64,000 nt of DNA from a virus (taxonomy: Duplodnaviria; Caudoviricetes). This document shows, in pieces, positions 55,304-64,000 of this stretch. The DNA is taken from positions 1 through 64,000 of IMG/VR virus record IMGVR_UViG_3300025150_000002. One strand, written 5' to 3'. The translations under genes were made by a program, and so were the position numbers. The first letter of the stretch is position 1, and each line of letters opens with the position of its first letter. The notes below the pieces were generated by a model. That model ran no database searches, was not told the DNA's origin, and saw only the letters and a program-made list of their open reading frames with translations.

Positions 55304-58300
55304 CTATGGAAGAGCCTGATCCTTAGTGGCCCGAGCTGGCACGACACACGAGTCGCCGTCGCAATACTTCGGCGTCGCGTCGATGTCATGCCCGATGTTG
55401 TTGAAACTAGCATCACCAAGGAGCGATGACGCGGCCTCGTATTCCTCCTTCGTGATGGTGATGTATGGCGCCTGTTCGTAGCCGTGGTCGTCCAATGGGA
55501 GAAACGAGACCGTCTTCATGCGGCCCTCGTAGAGCTCCAGGCAGCGCTGGATGTCGCTCGCCTCTTCAGGCTTGAACGTGACAGTGACCGACACGCTGTT
55601 GTCGGACCACACCTTCTGCATCTGGGCCGCGTTCTCCATCTGCTCCCAGATGGAGACCTCGGACTTGCCACGATCGAAAAGCTGTGCCTTGATCGGGAAA
55701 TAGATGACGGCGGTTCGACCGTGCTGGTCATAGACGTCGTCCTCAACACGGTAGCCAGCGTTGCGATACTCCTCGACGATCGGGTTGTGCTTCGCAACAC
55801 GAACCGTGCGAAAGTAGTAATCGGCGTGCTCGAAGTGAATGCCAGGGGTAACCCCAGGCAGAAGCGACGTCGTCCCGGCTGGCTTGACCGTTGTCTTCTT
55901 GATGGACTTACGAACGCAGAGCCACTCCGAGTAGATGCGATCCAGCTTGGTAACGTAGGCGTAGCCCTGGTCGCACCAGGTAAAGTGCTTGCGTCGGCCG
56001 TGGCGCTTGAAACTCTGGACGATCCCCGACTGACTGAGACCGATCCGACGGTTACGAAGCATAACCGCGTTGGTCTTAGGGTTGTGAGTCGGGATGAGGG
56101 AGACCGTCTTGGCGTAGAGGTAGGCGTACTTAATTGTGCGCTCAAACTCTTCGTAGCTGCTGTGACGGCTTGGAAACAATTCTACGAGGTTGCACTGGTA
56201 CGTGAGGACGTTGCCGAAGACCGCCATGTGGTTCTCCGGCTCCTCGAAGCAGTAGGTAGTGTGTTTGCCGGACAAGCGCTCGACGCTTATAACTTTCTGC
56301 TTACGCGCACGATCGATCGAAGCTCCATCTGGATAGGCGTTGTTTACCGCATAGCGAGGTCCGATGGCGTCGATGGTCTTGAGTCGGGTGGGGATCTCAG
56401 CACACTCATAGCTCGGAATCTGGCAGTACCAGAGGTCGTAGTTGCGCTCACCGAAGTTCGTGACATCGCCCTCTTCGCCGAAGAGTCGAATCGTAGAGTG
56501 GTTTATGCCAATTCTGCGGAGTAGGATTTGGAGGTCCCGCATCTTCGACTCGGCGCCGTAGATACGATAGCCCTCAGCTTTCACGCCCTTGTTGGTGATG
56601 GTTCCGTCCGACTCGATCCAACCGGCCACGAACTGGAGAGTCGACTCCCGGTCCATGTTGAACACTGACTGCGGAAGTCCGTTCGTCTTATCGTTGATGT
56701 GAGTGGCATCCTCCATCGTCAGTAGACCGCGCAGGCAGAGTCGGTTGTAGGGAGCAGAGTAGCCCTCCAAGATCTGAGGCTTGTACCACACGCCACCAAC
56801 GTCCAGATCCTTGAGCGCACCCTTCTCGCCACAGATAGCGACCATTGGGTAGTCAGCCTGCTTCTCGATATACCCGTCACCGGCGAACAAACCCCACTCG
56901 AATGCGTTCGGCTCGTGGCGACCGCTGATTGGGGCCGAGATGTCGAACTCAACGACCTTGTCGCCGGACTTGAGATTCTGTGTCTCAACCCGACGGAAGA
57001 CTTGCTTACCAGAGGGCCTGACGTGCCAACCATGATTGGCGGTACAGTCAAGGTAGGACCCGTCCGAGAGTGTCACTCGGTAAAGATCTCGTCCCAGCCC
57101 CGTGATACGCGGCTCAACGGTGGACCAGCTATCACCGTTCCACACGTCGACCTTCTTCCCGACGAGGTCTTCGATCGGGAGAACTCCGGTCCTGGTTTGA
57201 ATCTTCGTCTGCCCACTAACGCACAGTTCGTAGCTCTCCAGACTGATCTCAGCGCATGGGTTAAACCCGAGCACTCGATGGTCGTTGCACGGTTCACCCA
57301 TACGGCCGAACTTGCGGGCGTTATCGAGCCATATGTAGCCTGGCTCACCAGCCTTCGCAGAGATGGCCGCTGTCTGGGTGTAGTCCATGCCTACATCGGC
57401 TAGGACGCTGTTGTTGCTAGCCCATCGATGGGTCTTCATGGCCGCTGAGTTGAGAGCCGGGTTCTTCAGGTTGAGGAACCCCTCATCAGTGCCATCTCCG
57501 AACATAATGATCGCGGTTCTTCTGATGTTACCCGCTACGACACAAACACCAATCAGATCGCAGAGGTCGACGATGGCCTCAGACGTGATTGGCTTACCGA
57601 TCAGCGGCTCCAGAACACGTCTGACCTCAAAGATGAGCTTGATGAGCGGGTCTGGTCCCGAAGCTGTACCACCAAACCCCTTGATGAGAGAGCCGTAGGG
57701 GCGGACCTTGCTGTAGTCGATCTCCTTCGGCAGCGAGCCGTTACCGACGTAGGCCTCCAGCACACGGAAGAGGATGTCCACCCAGCCCTCACGGCTGTCC
57801 TCGACGACATGAGTGTCATCGCCCTGGGCGGGCCGCACGATCGTGACCTTGCCCGCGCCACGGCAGTCGCTGCCGACGCCAACACCCAGCATGGAGAAGT
57901 CCATGAGGAAGCAGAACGGCTCTGCGAAGGAGATGTCGATGTCCTGCGTGCTGGTGAACGCGCAGTTCGACGTGAGGATGAACCCGTCGATCACGAACTG
58001 CTCGTAGCCCGGAACCTCAGCGCACAGAACCGGCCACTCACCCGTGAGGCCAGCGATGGACTTGACCTTCATCCAGTCGCGCTTCGAGGTCCCGACCGCT
58101 GTCTCCCAGCGCTCACGCTGATCCTTGCGCAGGAAGAACTTGGAGTCGAGGTCGATCGGCGTGATCTTGATGGCGTAGAGAGCGCTACGGTCCTCCACGA
58201 GGTTGTTCGTGGCCCCAGCCTGGATCGTCTCGATCGGCTCCGACACGCGCACACCCAGATCGCGGAAGAGCTTCGCAACCTCAACGAGCTCATCACGGCG

Positions 58301-59386
58301 AGCCGACGAGATCGAGACGTTGCCCTTCTCATCGACATGCCCATCAGCTGCCACATAGCCGGAGAGGAAGCCCCACACGTAGCGCTGATCCTTCTGGTAG
58401 TCACCGGTCGGAACAGAGCCCCACGCGATGGGGCACTGCCGCAGCACCAGCTCGCCATCACGCGTAACAGCGTCCAGGACATCGGCAGCCGCAACCAGCT
58501 GAGCCACATCGGCCTTGGCGCCGAACAGGTGGAGCTCACCGTTGGACCGCGTGCCATCGCCGAAGAACATGCCGTGCAGGAAGCCGATGGGGCTCGGCTT
58601 GAAGTTCCGGTAAGGCTTCACGATCGGAACGTAGTCGCCGACACGGAGCTCCTCGGTCGCGACGCGCTCCCACTCCTGCTTGGTTGTCCGACGCCGGAAC
58701 CAGCGGTGGTTCTGAGACGAGACGATCTTGGTCGCGTTGCCGCTGCGGTCCTCGAACTCGATCTCCAGGCAGGGGTGCCGCTCGACGTGAGAGATGTTGG
58801 CCTCGACCCACTTGGAGGTCGAGACGCCGGCAGCACGGGAGACGTTCTTCGCGTGCGATCCGTAGTCGTAGGCAGACGAGAGGACGTGAACCTTCTGCCC
58901 CTCGATGTCACCGAGCCGCGTCCACCCGTGCTCACGGGTGAGGATCTTCGTGTCCTCGTGCAGCGGGTTGTTAAGAGCTGCACTACCGTGCCTCTCGACG
59001 TAGTCCGTACCCATCATCCAGAGGCCGCGCCCGCCAGGCAGGAACTTGAAGTCCCACATCAGGCGGAACATGGTCTGCGCGCTACGCTGCGCCTTACCAT
59101 CAGACCACGGGAGGTTGTGATGGCGGCAGTGCCACTTCTGGATGGAGTAGATGCCGTTGACGATTCGCTCCAGCGTCTGCCAGAACTCCTCTGTCTTGTC
59201 GTTTGTCTCGGAAACCGGCCGCGCGTACGTGCGCTTGAAGGTGAAAAGACCTACTGGACCCCAGTCGGGTTCTCGCCCTTCAAAGGTCGATAGGAACTCA
59301 GGGTCGAGGCGGAACCTGTCGAGCTCTTGAACGCTGATTACGGGTCGCTTGATGGCGTTCGAGTAGTACGAAGTGGTCCCGCTCAT
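55304..59386 (-). CDS. nrdJ: Class II (B12-dependent) ribonucleotide reductase with two inteins
   Basis: FKRTYAR, FLPGGRGLW, NN|C, GVGVG, VVAGNIRR, NPCAEISLESYEL|CNLVE, TTVKPAGT, C-terminal YCDGDSC. About 683 aa after splicing. Confidence 0.93.
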   Translation of the reverse strand: MSGTTSYYSNAIKRPVISVQELDRFRLDPEFLSTFEGREPDWGPVGLFTFKRTYARPVSETNDKTEEFWQTLERIVNGIYSIQKWHCRHHNLPWSDGKAQRSAQTMFRLMWDFKFLPGGRGLWMMGTDYVERHGSAALNNPLHEDTKILTREHGWTRLGDIEGQKVHVLSSAYDYGSHAKNVSRAAGVSTSKWVEANISHVERHPCLEIEFEDRSGNATKIVSSQNHRWFRRRTTKQEWERVATEELRVGDYVPIVKPYRNFKPSPIGFLHGMFFGDGTRSNGELHLFGAKADVAQLVAAADVLDAVTRDGELVLRQCPIAWGSVPTGDYQKDQRYVWGFLSGYVAADGHVDEKGNVSISSARRDELVEVAKLFRDLGVRVSEPIETIQAGATNNLVEDRSALYAIKITPIDLDSKFFLRKDQRERWETAVGTSKRDWMKVKSIAGLTGEWPVLCAEVPGYEQFVIDGFILTSNCAFTSTQDIDISFAEPFCFLMDFSMLGVGVGSDCRGAGKVTIVRPAQGDDTHVVEDSREGWVDILFRVLEAYVGNGSLPKEIDYSKVRPYGSLIKGFGGTASGPDPLIKLIFEVRRVLEPLIGKPITSEAIVDLCDLIGVCVVAGNIRRTAIIMFGDGTDEGFLNLKNPALNSAAMKTHRWASNNSVLADVGMDYTQTAAISAKAGEPGYIWLDNARKFGRMGEPCNDHRVLGFNPCAEISLESYELCVSGQTKIQTRTGVLPIEDLVGKKVDVWNGDSWSTVEPRITGLGRDLYRVTLSDGSYLDCTANHGWHVRPSGKQVFRRVETQNLKSGDKVVEFDISAPISGRHEPNAFEWGLFAGDGYIEKQADYPMVAICGEKGALKDLDVGGVWYKPQILEGYSAPYNRLCLRGLLTMEDATHINDKTNGLPQSVFNMDRESTLQFVAGWIESDGTITNKGVKAEGYRIYGAESKMRDLQILLRRIGINHSTIRLFGEEGDVTNFGERNYDLWYCQIPSYECAEIPTRLKTIDAIGPRYAVNNAYPDGASIDRARKQKVISVERLSGKHTTYCFEEPENHMAVFGNVLTYQCNLVELFPSRHSSYEEFERTIKYAYLYAKTVSLIPTHNPKTNAVMLRNRRIGLSQSGIVQSFKRHGRRKHFTWCDQGYAYVTKLDRIYSEWLCVRKSIKKTTVKPAGTTSLLPGVTPGIHFEHADYYFRTVRVAKHNPIVEEYRNAGYRVEDDVYDQHGRTAVIYFPIKAQLFDRGKSEVSIWEQMENAAQMQKVWSDNSVSVTVTFKPEEASDIQRCLELYEGRMKTVSFLPLDDHGYEQAPYITITKEEYEAASSLLGDASFNNIGHDIDATPKYCDGDSCVVPARATKDQALP
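56195..57223 (-). mobile_element. NrdJ intein 2 (343 aa), ends in Gln
   Basis: ESYEL|CVSGQTKIQT...CTANHGW...FAGDG...GWIESDG...TYCFEEP...FGNVLTYQ|CNLVE. Confidence 0.9.
57965..58966 (-). mobile_element. NrdJ intein 1 (334 aa), class 3 type starting with Pro
   Basis: AALNN|PLHEDTKILT...SQNHRW...FFGDG...YVAADG...VLCAEVP...FILTSN|CAFT. Confidence 0.88.
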
Positions 59387-59868
59387 GTAAGTCCCTTACG
59401 CAGTTCATGGCCACTGGATGTGGTTTGATGTGTAGGGATCGGAATGAGTGATGCGAACCTGCTCAACCACCCGACAACCCTCGCGACCACAGTCATAATA
59501 CCGCTCAACCCGCGCCAGTGGTGTCGCGGTTACAGGTTGACTGACTGCAGTGATAGACCGGTGTTATACCGGGTTCGATGAGCGGTTGAGATTGCGATCT
59601 CGATCGATGATCTGGTTTTAGTGAGGCTAACTTTGGGCTGTCTCACTGCTGCCACATCATTCTCTCGTCGTCGTTGTCGACCGCTACGCCTAATGTGATA
59701 ACCGCCCCATGCCGAGCTCGTCAAGTGTCCCCTGCTGCGAACGCGACAACCGACGCGTGGCGTTGAAGATGTAGTTTCGTCTCTCGCGAAGCGCATCGAT
59801 AGCGCTCTGGTGATGGAGGATGAGTCTGCTAGAATACACATCGCTAGACATTGCTCTGCGGAGAGACT

Positions 59869-60678
59869 ATGGGCTTACTCGACTACGTTGCTGCGCCACG
59901 ACAACGCGTCGCTTATCTCTTCCCTGAAGTTCCAGGTTCGGGAGTTCTGAGCAAACCGCAGCTTCGGTCAGGTGGCGGCGCTCGCCCAACTGCCAGCCTC
60001 AACGATGTGTTCGTCTTTCAGTTCTGGCCCAACCAGGTAACAGACAACTACACCCCGAACTGGGCCACGAAGCAGATTCCTGGCGCTAGTCATCCGCTCT
60101 ACCAGTGGGTGAGCGGAAATGGTCGTGACATCTCGTTCACGGCTAACTTCGTGTCTGAGGTTCGCGAGGACAGCTTCACCGTACAGGGCGCGAGCGCAAA
60201 CAGCTCGTTCACCGCAAGAATACAGGCAGCAAGCGCCGGTTCTGCAGTTCGCGCCCAAGAAACCCTGGGTGCGGCGTTTTTACCGTCGTCACGCTACACA
60301 GTGAATGTGGCTGGCGCCATTGCTGCACTACAGCAGTACCTCTATCCTACCTACTCCGACCACGACGCGAACAAGGGCATCACCAGACCCCCTAAGAAGC
60401 TGGTGCTGGTGCTACCGGGAACCAAACTAGGTCGACAGGAGGGGAACGACGGCATTCTCTGCATCCTGAAGGCGGCGAATGTTACGATGGAGTCGTGGTT
60501 TCCGACCGGCGAGTTAAGGGCCGCATCAGTAGCCCTATCATTCGCGGAGATAATCCAGTACACGTCAGGCGAAGGGACCAACATCCGCTACATTGGCGCC
60601 GAGATCTACGAGGGCCTGGCCGACAAGTACGTAGTAGACAACGTCTCCGTGAGCGCTCCAGCAGACCTATCCTTCTGA
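59869..60678 (+). CDS. Tail tube initiator / CIS-tube-like baseplate protein
   Basis: FQFWPNQVTDNYTPNWATKQIPGASHPLYQWVSGNGRDISFTANF...PPKKLVL...LRAASVALSFAE. Confidence 0.7.
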   Translation: MGLLDYVAAPRQRVAYLFPEVPGSGVLSKPQLRSGGGARPTASLNDVFVFQFWPNQVTDNYTPNWATKQIPGASHPLYQWVSGNGRDISFTANFVSEVREDSFTVQGASANSSFTARIQAASAGSAVRAQETLGAAFLPSSRYTVNVAGAIAALQQYLYPTYSDHDANKGITRPPKKLVLVLPGTKLGRQEGNDGILCILKAANVTMESWFPTGELRAASVALSFAEIIQYTSGEGTNIRYIGAEIYEGLADKYVVDNVSVSAPADLSF

Positions 60679-60687
60679 GGTTAGAAC

Positions 60688-61017
60688 ATGAATCCATTTG
60701 ACACGAGTGTTCGCAGCTACCGGTTCTACGAGCGAGATACGGCTAGTGGTGGCACAGCCCCAAACCTGACGTTGGATTTCGCCGACTGCAAGCTGGTCTT
60801 CATCGATAAGGGAGATGGAAAGACGAACTTCAACAGTCAGGGCGTGATCGTCGCCAATGATCACAACACCAACGAGATACAGTTCTCATTCGACGGCATC
60901 ACCGTCGAAGGCGACCTTCTACCTCAGGAGTCCATGAACTTCTTCACCTTCCGACGAAAGGTGATCTACCTCCGAGGCGAGGCTGGCGCCGAACCGTTCC
61001 GAGTCTGGGCCTGGTAG
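60688..61017 (+). CDS. Small beta-rich virion protein
   Basis: VANDH..NEIQFSFDG...GDLLPQES...RRKVIYLRG...FRVWAW; GAGG RBS. Confidence 0.55.
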   Translation: MNPFDTSVRSYRFYERDTASGGTAPNLTLDFADCKLVFIDKGDGKTNFNSQGVIVANDHNTNEIQFSFDGITVEGDLLPQESMNFFTFRRKVIYLRGEAGAEPFRVWAW

Positions 61018-61081
61018 ACGAGTATGTCGATAAGCCTTTGCCCCCTGGTAAGCTATAGGCCGAAAGCCCGAGGACAGTAAC

Positions 61082-63145
61082 ATGCTAAGTCGTGGTGGCG
61101 GCGCAGTCGCATTCCAGAAGGTCGTGAGCAAGGTCTCCGATCTGCCATCTCCTCTGGACGCCGAGCCGGGTTCGCGCATCATCGTCCGAGAGACCGAAGA
61201 GGTCTATGGGCTCAACCACACGACTCGCATGTGGGAGCCCATCGGCACCCTCAAGAAGGTCGGTGGTAAGAGTCCTGAGGAGCTCGGGCGCCACGTTGAT
61301 ACCGAGGGGAACCCGCACAAGACAACGCTTCAGGATGTGCTCGCCGCAGGGCAACAGGCATCCGTTGACGGCGAGATCCTCATCACCGGCAAAGGGGCGT
61401 CGCAGATCCGCCTACTCTCTGGCACATCCGCGTTGCGTGTCGGCCCGGACGTCGGCAACAAGGACGGCGTCTTCTGGATCAACGCAGGGCCTGGCCGAAC
61501 GACCATCCTTCGAGTAGTCAACTCGGATGGGGCTGACCAGGTCGTGCTCGGCAGTGACGGATCACTCACATCGAAGGGAGTTGCGCGCTTCGAAGGTGGA
61601 TTCAAGGGTCCGGCACACTTCGAGGACGCTATCACAGCGGCTGAGGGTGTAAACAGCGCCGAGGGCTATGACCTCGTACTATCGGGCGACAAGGGTGTAA
61701 TGCTGCGAGTTGGGGGCCAGGAGCGAGCTTTGTTCCTGGACGACGGACTAGCCCTGAGGGGTAACTTGTCCGTCAAGGACCTGAGCCTCACCGGACAAGT
61801 TCACGGGAGCATTATCCCGTCCAAGCCCGATCTCAAGCTCGGCGATCCAAACGCGCGATGGTTGGCAGCGTTCGTGGGGTCCATCAATGTTGGCGGTCAG
61901 GTAATGGTGAAGGTGCCAGCCAACAGCAAGGATCACCCATTCCAGATCGTCAGTGACGTTCCCGGCGACAGTGTGGTTCTCACCGCTGGTGGGTCGCTTG
62001 GGCTCGGAACAGACAGCCCGGAGGCCCGCCTCGACGTTCGCGGCCGTGTGCTAGTCGATGGTGGTCTCGCACTGACAGGTTCAGGCCTGGCGTCCAGCGG
62101 TTGGAGTGTTCAGTTTGCCGACACCTTGACCATCGCGCACAACGGCATGCCGGCCATCACGGCCGGTGCTGATGGTACCGTGCTGTCTAGTAACACCAAG
62201 ATAGCTGGCGATCTGGTCGTGGTCGGAAAGCTCGCCCTGGGCAGCCTCTATGGACTCAAGCACGAAGAGATCGAGTTCAAGGGTGGGTCGGCGACCTACC
62301 GGGCCTCGATGCACAAGTTCACCGGGCCGATCAAGGTCGACACCACCGAGCCGCGCCCACTGGATGTCCCCGGTCTAACCGTCGACAACGGCAATCTGCT
62401 CGGCCAAGGCGACATCAAGGGCTGGAAGTCGGCTCAGTTGGATGAGAGTCTCGTGGTCGGCACCACCACGATCGTCAATGGCACAATCGACGCTCCAGAC
62501 GGTCTCACCGTTCGCGGGCCGCGACTCGTCGCCGACACACTTCACCTCCGCAACGGATTGATCAAGTCCCACGCGCTTCGTCTTGAAGGAGCGAATGGTT
62601 CGGCTGAGTTCTCGATGGGCGGCCCGACCTGCGGCCTGACGTTCGAGGGCAAGCGCTGGGAGGTCAATGGCATCAGCCAGTTGACTGCAGACGATGTAAG
62701 CACCAAGGGGCTCAAGGTCGAGGGCGGCGCCATTCTCTGCGGCGGGGCCGCCAACTTTAGCAAGCAGGGCCTCGCACTGACCGGCGTTCTCAGTGTCGGC
62801 GGGCTAGGATTCAAGCGGCTCGAAGAAGACCTTGAGCTCAACGGTGTTCAGGTCGCCACACAGTTCCAGTTGCCGGTCGGGGTTCGGATTGAGGCGGTGG
62901 TCGTCAAGCTCAAGAGCGACGTGTCGGGAGCGAGGTTCCTGCAGGTCGGCGATCTCGCCACGCCTGATCGGTTCGCAAGCCCCAACACGTCTCTGCGGAC
63001 GGGTTCTGTAATCCGTGGCCTCAACCACTGCGACCGAGGTCAGTCCGTCCAACTCACCGAGGGACCAGTTGTGATCTCTTGTGATGCTCCGGCGACCGGT
63101 AAGGTCCACGTCACCGTCTACTTCGTCGACCCAGCGGCGCTCTAG
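61082..63145 (+). CDS. Large beta-rich tail fibre/structural protein
   Basis: 687 aa, G-rich beta repeats (LGLGTDSPEARLDVRG), C-terminal beta-sandwich. Confidence 0.6.
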   Translation: MLSRGGGAVAFQKVVSKVSDLPSPLDAEPGSRIIVRETEEVYGLNHTTRMWEPIGTLKKVGGKSPEELGRHVDTEGNPHKTTLQDVLAAGQQASVDGEILITGKGASQIRLLSGTSALRVGPDVGNKDGVFWINAGPGRTTILRVVNSDGADQVVLGSDGSLTSKGVARFEGGFKGPAHFEDAITAAEGVNSAEGYDLVLSGDKGVMLRVGGQERALFLDDGLALRGNLSVKDLSLTGQVHGSIIPSKPDLKLGDPNARWLAAFVGSINVGGQVMVKVPANSKDHPFQIVSDVPGDSVVLTAGGSLGLGTDSPEARLDVRGRVLVDGGLALTGSGLASSGWSVQFADTLTIAHNGMPAITAGADGTVLSSNTKIAGDLVVVGKLALGSLYGLKHEEIEFKGGSATYRASMHKFTGPIKVDTTEPRPLDVPGLTVDNGNLLGQGDIKGWKSAQLDESLVVGTTTIVNGTIDAPDGLTVRGPRLVADTLHLRNGLIKSHALRLEGANGSAEFSMGGPTCGLTFEGKRWEVNGISQLTADDVSTKGLKVEGGAILCGGAANFSKQGLALTGVLSVGGLGFKRLEEDLELNGVQVATQFQLPVGVRIEAVVVKLKSDVSGARFLQVGDLATPDRFASPNTSLRTGSVIRGLNHCDRGQSVQLTEGPVVISCDAPATGKVHVTVYFVDPAAL

Positions 63146-63215
63146 CCTCGGATCGACGATGCTTAGGGGGCCCTCGACTCTCTGAAATCGATAGACTGGA
63201 GGTCCAGGAAAAGTT

Positions 63216-63671
63216 ATGGGCACCTTCGGTCTCGGCGGTCTACACAGGAAAAGCACTTGGCTCTACCCAGTACCCACGGCTGCGTTTCTGCCGCCTACAG
63301 CCATTGATGGTGCCGTAGCTGTCGCCCTCGATACCAATGTCGGCTACCAATAGTACGCGGCACTCCCGGGATGGATCGCCTTTTCCGGCGGCGGCGGCGG
63401 CGCCGGCACTAGAACATTCAACGAAATCCTTACAGGGACCATCAACGGCATCAACACGGTATTCACGACAACTGTTGATTTCGTGGCTAACTCGGAGTCG
63501 GTTTACTTCAACGGGGTGAGACAACACCCAGGCGCATCAAACGATTACATTATCTCGGAGTCGGGCGGAGTAGGTACCGGATACGACACAGTGACGTTAG
63601 TTGTGGCCCCACGAGCAAGACCAAGTCCTAAGGTCGATGACCGGGTTACGATAGATTACGAACCCGCGTAG
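63216..63671 (+). CDS. Virion structural protein interrupted by an in-frame TAG (63351-63353)
   Basis: ATG 63216 MGTFGLGG...VGYQ*YAALPGWIAFSGGGGG...FNEILTGTINGINTVFTT...SVYFNGVRQ...DY...DYEPA* is one continuous frame. The track shows only the last 62 aa. Confidence 0.6.
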
Positions 63672-63685
63672 GAGTGGTGTAAAAA

Positions 63686-64000
63686 ATGTCCAGGACATTC
63701 ATCCGTCAAGACACGCAGATTCAGTCGAGTGATGCTTACGACGATACCGTCGCTCCCTCGCTGGCGAACTTCGAGACAAATCCGACGCACATCGAAACGG
63801 ACCTCAACAACGTCCGGTCGATGCTATCGCACCTGCTCGACGTTCAAGTCGGTAATTGGTATGACGTTATCTCGACGCCGGTCACACTAGAAACCGGCTC
63901 GCAACGAGGCGTCAGTGACCTCAACACCGCGCTGCACCTGGTCGAGAAGAAGCGCATTCTGCGGGACGTCTGCAATCTCGTGGACATCACCGTTCCGGCT
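63686..64000 (+). CDS. Virion structural protein, 5' part (runs off the window)
   Basis: MSRTFIRQDTQIQSSDAYDDTVAPSLANFETNPTHIETDLNNVRSMLS... open to the end of the window; GGAG upstream. Confidence 0.7.
   Translation, partial: MSRTFIRQDTQIQSSDAYDDTVAPSLANFETNPTHIETDLNNVRSMLSHLLDVQVGNWYDVISTPVTLETGSQRGVSDLNTALHLVEKKRILRDVCNLVDITVPA

Noticed and set aside
2042-59293. Long antisense or alternate-frame ORFs in the track (2042-3343, 7491-8633, 8902-9630, 39674-40837, 55484-56524, 57809-59293 and many shorter ones)
   Set aside because: They lie opposite well-supported genes, have no recognisable motifs, and are expected from stop-poor antisense frames in GC-rich DNA.
59569-59585. CCGGGTTCGA, a second T-arm-like sequence
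   Set aside because: The 3' side does not pair and no acceptor stem forms.
59405-59841. Fragments of a Zn-ribbon gene on the minus strand (YHCSQSTC and YYDCGREGC in different frames) and the track ORF 59530-59841
   Set aside because: Joining them needs a frameshift and lacks a start codon. It may be a decayed gene, but it cannot be supported without homologues.
59390-59860. Cobalamin riboswitch upstream of nrdJ
   Set aside because: Only a CTGTAA hexamer was seen; no GGGAA/CGGTG core or B12 box was recognisable.
1-64000. Genome-wide TAG (or TGA) reassignment
   Set aside because: TAG ends many genes exactly where the next gene starts (15420, 22289, 27122, 48937) and long genes are open under code 11. 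Only one internal TAG was found.

Overview
This 64-kb window (high GC, about 60%) is part of a large contractile-tailed (myovirus-like) dsDNA phage genome. It carries a T4-gp23-like major capsid protein, a prohead protease fused to a scaffold-like coiled coil, small and large terminase, a tape measure with a frameshifted chaperone upstream, a full baseplate cluster (LysM-like, hub, spike, gp25-like, J-like, I-like), tail/fibre genes, a class II ribonucleotide reductase, a DnaX-like clamp loader, an SF2 helicase, two ParB-like proteins and two free-standing HNH endonucleases. No portal, sheath or clear neck gene was recognised in the window. Five LAGLIDADG inteins are visible: prohead protease, TerS, TerL and two in NrdJ. 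One NrdJ intein is a Pro1/WCT class 3 type and the other ends in Gln. The most unusual signals are: (1) the TerL Walker A motif (G-STRW-G-K-D) is broken by an 8-nt insert, GGT TGA AT GGA, which would need a ribosomal stop-hop, a frameshift or two-chain assembly to give a working enzyme; (2) a non-canonical tRNA-like cloverleaf lies about 10 nt upstream of the prohead protease RBS; (3) a block of basic, low-complexity genes is dense in [ILV]-x-E sites and looks like protease-processed internal head cargo; (4) a complete 7-blade beta-propeller is inserted in the baseplate J protein; (5) a virion gene has an in-frame amber codon. All protein-family calls come from motif recognition only, with no database search. 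An assembly error cannot be excluded for the single-site disruptions.
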